Source: a virus (Duplodnaviria > Caudoviricetes). From it: 64,000 nucleotides of DNA. Each line of letters opens with the position of its first letter. Position 1 is the first letter of the stretch. This document shows, one piece after another, positions 58,301-64,000 of this stretch. Where the stretch lies: positions 32,001 through 96,000 of IMG/VR virus record IMGVR_UViG_3300037400_003961; one strand, 5' to 3'. The translations under genes were made by a program, and so were the position numbers. The notes under the pieces are model-generated. The model was given only the letters and a program-made list of their open reading frames with translations. It was not told the origin of the DNA and did not search any database.

Positions 58301-59357
58301 TGTTAATAATGCAATTACTTGTATATATACACAAAATGGAACTATAGTTGGAAGGTTAAGTATTCCTATTCATTTTTTATTAAATCGTTATGGTTTAGCA
58401 AGCATTAATGCTTGGGATGGAAATAGTATTCAAATAAATGAATAGGGTGGATATATTTTAGCTCCTCAGATGGGAGCTGGTGTAAAAGATAATAATAATA
58501 GATTTACTGGCGTTATTATGGGGGCTGTTAAACAAAATAATGCTAATACTGTTACTTATAATGGATTATTAGGGTTTTCACAAGGTATTATTAGTATTTA
58601 TTTAGATGCAGATACTGGTTCTGCGACTTTTGGTAGACCAGGATAGGGACAAATAAAATTGATTCCAGGTGGAACTTCAACTATAGCTGGATGGAAAATT
58701 AATTCAGACTCATTATCAAGTAATGATAACAAAAGTATTTTATATGCTGATGAAAGTCATATATAGGATAATAAATCATTAAGATTTAATATTAATAATT
58801 TATTTAAAGTATATTCTAATGGTCATATAAAAGCTACTGCTGGTACAATAGGTGGATGGACAATTGAAACAGATTCATTACATACTACTGGAAAAAATAC
58901 TTATGGAAATTCTAGCGCGGGGGCTTTTTTAGGTTCAAATGGATATTTTGATTTTACATCTTCTTCTAATAATTATTTAAGATATAATGGAGATAGTTTT
59001 TCTATAAATATTGGAAGGAATAATTTTTTTAATATTACAAAAAATGATATTAAATTAGGTAATTTTATTATTAATGATAATTATGGTAGAAATATTTTAG
59101 GTAATAGTGATAGTGATCCCTCTATGGCAATTTCTTCAGATTTAACAGATTCAGATGAATGGTGGATGTGGTTTAGTAGTGATGGAGAAGGCGAAAGTGA
59201 TAGTCCAGATGATTATGATTTTGTTTTAAATGGTAATGGGCAAGTATTTGCAAAAGATTTTTTATTACCAGGTTCAAAGTCAATAAGACAATGGTTGGAA
59301 TCTCTTTAGAGAAAAATTGATAGTATTGATGATGGTGAAGATTAGGACGACAATTAA
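55377..59357 (+). CDS. Large tail tip/baseplate protein, 1326 aa (many TAG)
   Basis: Track fragments at 55377, 56190, 57540, 58215 and 59124 share a frame. C-terminal G(T/S)I(A/G)GW(K/T)I beta-repeats typical of tail spikes. Confidence 0.8.
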
Positions 59358-59402
59358 TTTCTTGAAAATTAATAATATTATACTATGATGGGAGAAAACT
59401 AA

Positions 59403-59603
59403 ATGGAAAATATTTCATTAACAACAGAAAAAATAAAACAAGAAATTATTAATTTATTAAATTCAAATAAGTTGCCACCAGTTATTATATATTATATGAT
59501 AAAAGATATAAGTAATCAAATTGAAATTGATTATATGAATTATATTAATGAATAGTTAAAAAAAGAACAAGAACAGAAAAAGAAAGAAACAGGGATAGAG
59601 TAA
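59403..59603 (+). CDS. Hypothetical protein, 66 aa (1 TAG)
   Basis: RBS GGAG; ...INLLNSNKLPPVIIYYMIKD... Confidence 0.6.
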
Positions 59604-59622
59604 AATCTATCCCTGTTTTTTT
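59587..59622. terminator. Bidirectional terminator
   Basis: aaacagggatag/ctatccctgttt stem between convergent genes. Confidence 0.75.
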
Positions 59623-60109
59623 ATTCCCAATTTATCTCATTATTAAATTTTTCATTGTAAGCATCAAATATACATATGGCATCCGCTTCATCATCATTTA
59701 CTGTAATATTATATTTATTTTTTACATACTAAATATCTTGCGATTTAAGGTCATTTCTTTTTATACCTGGTCCTTGTTTAATTTTAAGGGCTGCTCGCCA
59801 CGTAGAAGGACCAATAAAATCCCATTCTATCTTTGGATTGATTTCATATGTTGCCATTGTTATAATTCCTTGTAACCACATTAATATTTTACTAGTATGT
59901 GAACTAAGCTATAGCCGCACCTACTACATGATAATTTTCTATATTTTATTATCTTTAATTATTTTAGATAATTCATCTCTCATTTTTATAATACGTTTCA
60001 TTACATCTTTTGAACTAGCGGTTATATATCCATGTGATATAATAAATTCATTCTAGCCTATACACCAACCAGTACTTTTAGTTGATAAATCTAATGATAA
60101 AATTTTCAT
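59621..60109 (-). CDS. ruvC: RuvC-like Holliday junction resolvase, 162 aa (6 TAG, including the catalytic position)
   Basis: ILSLDLSTKSTGW (D7), KIIM**VR (codons 62-63), PSTWR, NDDEADAICI (D140/D143). Confidence 0.88.
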
Positions 60110-60134
60110 AATTCTCATCTCCTTTTCTACGCCA

Positions 60135-60163
60135 ATTGTAACAAAAATTTTTATAGTTGTCAA
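60135..60163 (-). promoter_or_regulatory. sigmaA-type promoter for ruvC
   Basis: TTGACA-17-TACAAT with TG extension. Confidence 0.75.
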
Positions 60164-60177
60164 GATGAAAACTTTTA

Positions 60178-60217
60178 GGTCAAGATTAATTAATTCATTT
60201 TTAGTATTTTTAATATA
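60178..60217 (+). promoter_or_regulatory. Phage-specific motif copy upstream of the 60314 operon
   Basis: GGTCAA gattaat TAAT tcatttttagtat TTTT aatata. Confidence 0.7.
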
Positions 60218-60313
60218 TAGATGTAGGGATAAAATTATTATCTCTACAATACGCGTATATTAGTTGTAATTTATTAAAATATTTTTTGGTATACCAACCA
60301 GGAGGAAAACGTA

Positions 60314-60787
60314 ATGGCAAATTACAATAATCCTAATCTGAATTTGCAGCAGCCTCAATGGCAACAGCCGCAAATGCAATCCCCTTATGGGAACAATAAC
60401 ATGTTATTGGGTAATAATGTTCCATATGATAATTATATGGGAAATCAAAGAATTAATTCTCAAGAATTGTTATCTCGTCAATATATCAAATGCAGACCTG
60501 TTTCATCAAAAGATGAAGCTAGGGCATGTCAAATTGATTTAGATGGTTCCCTTTGGGTGTTTACTGATATAGGTAATGGCAAGATTTATACTAAACAAAT
60601 TAATAATGATGGAACAGCAGCCTTTAAGACCTATGCTTTTGTGAAAGATGAAAATCCTTATGATTCTTCTACTGAATATGTAACAAAAGAAGAATTTAAT
60701 AAAGTGATTCAAACATTGGCGGCAGCGATACATCCCGCACAATAGCAAGTTCAAAATAATACTGAAACAAAAGCACCAATATTTTAA
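60314..60787 (+). CDS. Q/N-rich hypothetical protein (1 TAG near the C-terminus)
   Basis: RBS GGAGG; IYTKQINNDG...YVTKEEF; extends across TAG 60743 to TAA 60785. Confidence 0.75.
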
Positions 60788-60803
60788 TTAAAGGAGATTT
60801 ATT

Positions 60804-61040
60804 ATGAATGTAAATCCAATGCAATTAATTCAAATGATTAAAGGCGGAAAAAATCCACAACAACTTTTAATGAATATTTTACAACAACAAGGTCAGAATA
60901 ATCCTATTATCAATAATGCAATAAATATGGCTCAAAATGGTAACGTGTCTGGATTAGAAGTACTAGCACGTAACCTTGCTGCTCAGAGGGGATTAGATTT
61001 TGATAAGGAATTGGTAAATCTTAAGAATCAATTTATGTAA
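60804..61040 (+). CDS. Q/N/M-rich hypothetical protein
   Basis: MNVNPMQLIQM...NPQQ..; RBS AAGGAG. Confidence 0.75.
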   Translation: MNVNPMQLIQMIKGGKNPQQLLMNILQQQGQNNPIINNAINMAQNGNVSGLEVLARNLAAQRGLDFDKELVNLKNQFM

Positions 61041-61084
61041 CTTGTAATATCACTATCTTTTGGAAAGTAAGAGGAGATTTTATA

Positions 61085-61969
61085 ATGTTTAATAATAATA
61101 ATGGTTATTCTTTAGCAGATATTGCAGCAGCTACTGGTAATGGAAACAATGGTGGTTTTGGTAGTTTTGGCGGAGACGGCGCTTGGGTTCTTCTTTTGTT
61201 CATTATAATTTTAATGGGTGGTTGGAACAATGGCGGCTGGGCTAATGGTGGTAATGGCGGCGGTGCCGTTCCATATGCACTTAATACTAATGGAATTCAA
61301 CATGGTTTCGATCAGCAAGCTATTATGAGTGACCTTGGCGATATAAGTGGCGCAATTGCAGGTGGTTTTGCTGGTGTTAATAGCGCACTTTGCTCGGGTT
61401 TTGCGGGCGTTGCAAACGGCTTTGCTCAAGCAGAAATCGCTGAGAATGGACGTCAGTTTGCTAATATGAATCAGTTATTTGGCTTACAAACAAATCTTTC
61501 TAATCAACTGAATAATATTGCTATGAATCAGCAGAATTGTTGCTGCGAAAATCGTGCAGCAGTCTCTGATTTAAAGTATACTGTAGCTACTGAAGCATGT
61601 GCTGATAGAGCTGCGGTTGAAGGTGCTCTTAGAGACGTAACCGCACAGGGTGTTGCTAATACTCAGGCATTACTTAACACTATTAATGGCGGTATTCAGT
61701 CTATTAAAGATCAGCTTTGCCAGGATAAGATAGATGCTAAGAATGAACTTATTGCAAATCTTCGTCAGGAGATAGCTATGAAAGACCTTGCAGCTTCTCA
61801 GGTTGCACAGAATGCTTTCATTCAACAAGGATTTACTAATGAAGTTGATCAACTCTACAATCGTTTAAATACTTGCCCAGTTCCTACTACCCCTGTTTAT
61901 GGTAGAACTCCAATCTTTACTTGCAATAATGGCGGTTGTGGATGCGGAAATAACGCATTTTATAACTGA
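61085..61969 (+). CDS. Hypothetical protein with Gly/Asn-rich N-terminus, TM helix, coiled coil and Cys-rich motifs
   Basis: AWVLLLFIIILMGG, QNCCCENR, C-terminal GCGCG. Confidence 0.75.
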   Translation: MFNNNNGYSLADIAAATGNGNNGGFGSFGGDGAWVLLLFIIILMGGWNNGGWANGGNGGGAVPYALNTNGIQHGFDQQAIMSDLGDISGAIAGGFAGVNSALCSGFAGVANGFAQAEIAENGRQFANMNQLFGLQTNLSNQLNNIAMNQQNCCCENRAAVSDLKYTVATEACADRAAVEGALRDVTAQGVANTQALLNTINGGIQSIKDQLCQDKIDAKNELIANLRQEIAMKDLAASQVAQNAFIQQGFTNEVDQLYNRLNTCPVPTTPVYGRTPIFTCNNGGCGCGNNAFYN

Positions 61970-61983
61970 TAAGGAGGGCGCTT

Positions 61984-62439
61984 ATGGCTAGTTATGTAAC
62001 AACGACAGATACATTAGTAGCATTAAATGGAACTATTCCATTTAACAGCGTTTCTATTCCATGCAATAAGGGGAATGTTATTCCCCTTGTTCCTGGGATT
62101 CTTAACTTAAATGGCAATACCTCCAATCGTTTTGCAAGATATGAAGTTACTCTTCAGGGAAATATTCAAATTCCTACAGGCGGGGCTGTGACTCCAATTG
62201 CAGTTGGTATTACTCTTAATGGAGCAGTGATTCCAGAGAGTGTTGCTATAGTAACACCTGCGGCTGTGGGAGAATATTGGCATGTTAATACTACAGCTTT
62301 TGTTACGGTTCCTTGCGGATGCTGTGTAACTGTATCAGCTACATATGTAGATGGAACTGAAGATGATGCAGCTACCACGCCTACTCCGTCTATTCAAGTT
62401 AGACGTAATGCTGAATTATCAGTTAATAGAATAGCATAA
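61984..62439 (+). CDS. Beta-sandwich protein (BclA C-terminal/C1q-like)
   Basis: Beta-rich: YEVTLQGNI, VGITLNG, VPCGCC, NAELSVNRIA. Confidence 0.5.
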   Translation: MASYVTTTDTLVALNGTIPFNSVSIPCNKGNVIPLVPGILNLNGNTSNRFARYEVTLQGNIQIPTGGAVTPIAVGITLNGAVIPESVAIVTPAAVGEYWHVNTTAFVTVPCGCCVTVSATYVDGTEDDAATTPTPSIQVRRNAELSVNRIA

Positions 62440-62454
62440 GGAGGATAAAGGATT

Positions 62455-63042
62455 ATGGCAACAGAAGCTTTAAAAATGATGAAAGAGCAACTGATGAGCT
62501 GTGTTCAGGGGCAATTAGGTGATATATCTAAAGTTGATGCTCATGAACTTGGTGAAGCAGTTGATATGATTAAAGATTTAGCAGAAGCTATTTATTATTG
62601 CACTATTACTGAGTCAATGGAAAAAAGTAGCGAAGATAAAGGCGAAACTAATATAAATTATTATACTACTCCAACGACTTATAATAGAATGATGTATACT
62701 GATCCATATAGAGATATGGAGAGGAATAATGGATATATGTATTATACTACTGGCGGTAGAGGCCAGAGTTCTGGAGGCGGAAACCGCGGTGGTATGAATT
62801 ATTATACCGAGATGCCTGGCGACATGTGGCGCGATCCCCGCGAAGGTAGGAGTCCTATGAGACGCCGCATGTATATGGAAGGAAAAGAAATGCATAATGA
62901 TCCTAATTCACAACTTCGTGAGTTAGAAGCATATTTACAAGAACTCTCTACAGACATAACAGAAATGATTAAGGATGCATCTCCTGAAGAAAGAGCTACT
63001 CTTCGTCAGAAGATGACGACACTTGCTAGTAAAATAGCCTAA
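62455..63042 (+). CDS. Hypothetical protein
   Basis: 195 aa, RBS AAGGAGG, Y/M/R/G-rich central region. Confidence 0.75.
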   Translation: MATEALKMMKEQLMSCVQGQLGDISKVDAHELGEAVDMIKDLAEAIYYCTITESMEKSSEDKGETNINYYTTPTTYNRMMYTDPYRDMERNNGYMYYTTGGRGQSSGGGNRGGMNYYTEMPGDMWRDPREGRSPMRRRMYMEGKEMHNDPNSQLRELEAYLQELSTDITEMIKDASPEERATLRQKMTTLASKIA

Positions 63043-63356
63043 TGTTTTTAATTAATAACGTGTATTGGAAATTAGCCTTTGTAGCACCAGATTTCCCTTT
63101 GCTACAAAGGCTAAATGGAGAATATTCAATAGGAGCATGTGATAATTTAACAAGAACAATTTATATTAATTAGAATCTTCAAGGAAAATTATTGAAGAAA
63201 GTTTTATGTCATGAAATTACACATGCCGCAATGTTCTCTTATAATGTTAATCTTTCTCTTGAACAGGAAGAATTAGTTGCTGATTTAATTTCTACTTATG
63301 GAGAAGAAATTGTTTATATAACAAATAAAATTTTTACAAAATTAGGCAATATTTAA
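63042..63356 (+). CDS. HEXXH metallopeptidase (ImmA/IrrE-like), 104 aa (1 TAG)
   Basis: TIYIN*NL...VLCHEITHA...EQEE; start overlaps the upstream TAA. Confidence 0.7.
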
Positions 63357-63358
63357 TT

Positions 63359-63403
63359 AATAAAGAAGGGACTGTTTTATTTATCAGTCCCTTCTTTATT
63401 TTA
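63359..63403 (+). terminator. Rho-independent terminator
   Basis: aataaagaagggactg/cagtcccttctttatt stem. Confidence 0.75.
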
Positions 63404-63445
63404 TATAAATATGAAAAATAAAAAAGAAAGGAGATTTCTTTTTTT

Positions 63446-64000
63446 ATGAATAAATTATATGCAATAAAGATAAAACAAGCAGATGGCAATTATGGAGCTG
63501 CTATTCCTATTTGCGCTTTGGCTTAGAATATAGATTGGAATAATACATTAACTTTAACAGATATTTTAGGTTAGGTTGATACTTCAGTTTCCATACAGGA
63601 TCAAATTAATAATTTAAAAAATACAAAAGCAAATCAAACAACAATAAATGCTTTAGAAACTAAAATTAATAATGCTATTGAATTTAGTACTCATGATAAT
63701 GAAATTCGAAATGCTAGGATTGGAATAGATGGTTCTTCTTATAATAGTATAAAATAGAGATTAGATGCAGAATATACTATTCATAATAATGCAATTATAA
63801 ATATACAAAATACAGTAACAGAAGAAATAGAAGAGAAAATACAAGAAGTTGAAGAAAATGTACAGAATATTATTTAGCAGGAATCAGAGTCCCAAAAAAC
63901 AAAAAATATTCCTTAGAATATTACAATTGCAGTTGCAGATTGGGCATTAAGTGGTTCTTTGTTTGTTGTTCAAAAAACATGTAATAAAGCAACAACTGAT
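63446..64000 (+). CDS. Tail fibre/baseplate-type protein, N-terminal part (3'-truncated, several TAG)
   Basis: RBS AAGGAG; NEIRNARIG..YNSIK*RLDAE motif; open to the window end with TAG read-through. Confidence 0.6.

Noticed and set aside
46467-59357. Tape measure and tail genes as pseudogenes of a decaying prophage
   Set aside because: The interruptions I traced are TAG, all track fragments stay in one frame over 8.6 kb and 4 kb, and motifs are intact.
63345-63384. Additional copies of the tripartite motif (63345; also near 1916 and 17698)
   Set aside because: Only part of the motif matches or the first box is shifted, and the 63345 copy overlaps a terminator stem.
1-64000. Suppressor tRNA, release factor, rRNA or CRISPR array
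   Set aside because: No cloverleaf-like sequence, release factor motif or repeat-spacer array was seen by eye. The recoding machinery probably lies outside the window; tRNAscan-SE or Aragorn should confirm.

Overview
64 kb of a large, very AT-rich tailed (siphovirus-like) phage genome. The host is probably an anaerobic Firmicute: sigmaA-type promoters, GGAG ribosome-binding sites, NrdDG, a GH25/CHAP/SH3 endolysin and an LC3-type holin. TAG is not a stop codon here. Many genes that look fragmented in the ORF track join in frame across TAG and end at TAA/TGA, including a 2861-codon tape measure, a 1326-codon tail protein, RecJ, RuvC, RNase H, dUTPase, the endolysin and a uracil permease. Several conserved contexts, most strongly the RuvC catalytic position, suggest TAG encodes glutamate, or a Glu/Gln mix, rather than the glutamine of known code-15 phages. 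Layout: structural genes (+, 1-7550), a replication/nucleotide/lysis block (-, 7572-45792), tape measure and tail genes (+, 46076-59603), RuvC (-), then a conserved unknown operon and a tail-type gene (+, 60314-64000). dnaE, dnaB and gyrB each contain a group I intron encoding a TAG-containing homing endonuclease. A fixed-spacing motif (GGNCAA-N7-TAAT-N13-TTTT) occurs eight times, including once in each intron. GCGG/CCGC appears strongly over-represented. No tRNA, rRNA or CRISPR array was seen. In translations below, * marks an in-frame TAG unless it ends the protein. All family assignments come from motif recognition, not database searches.
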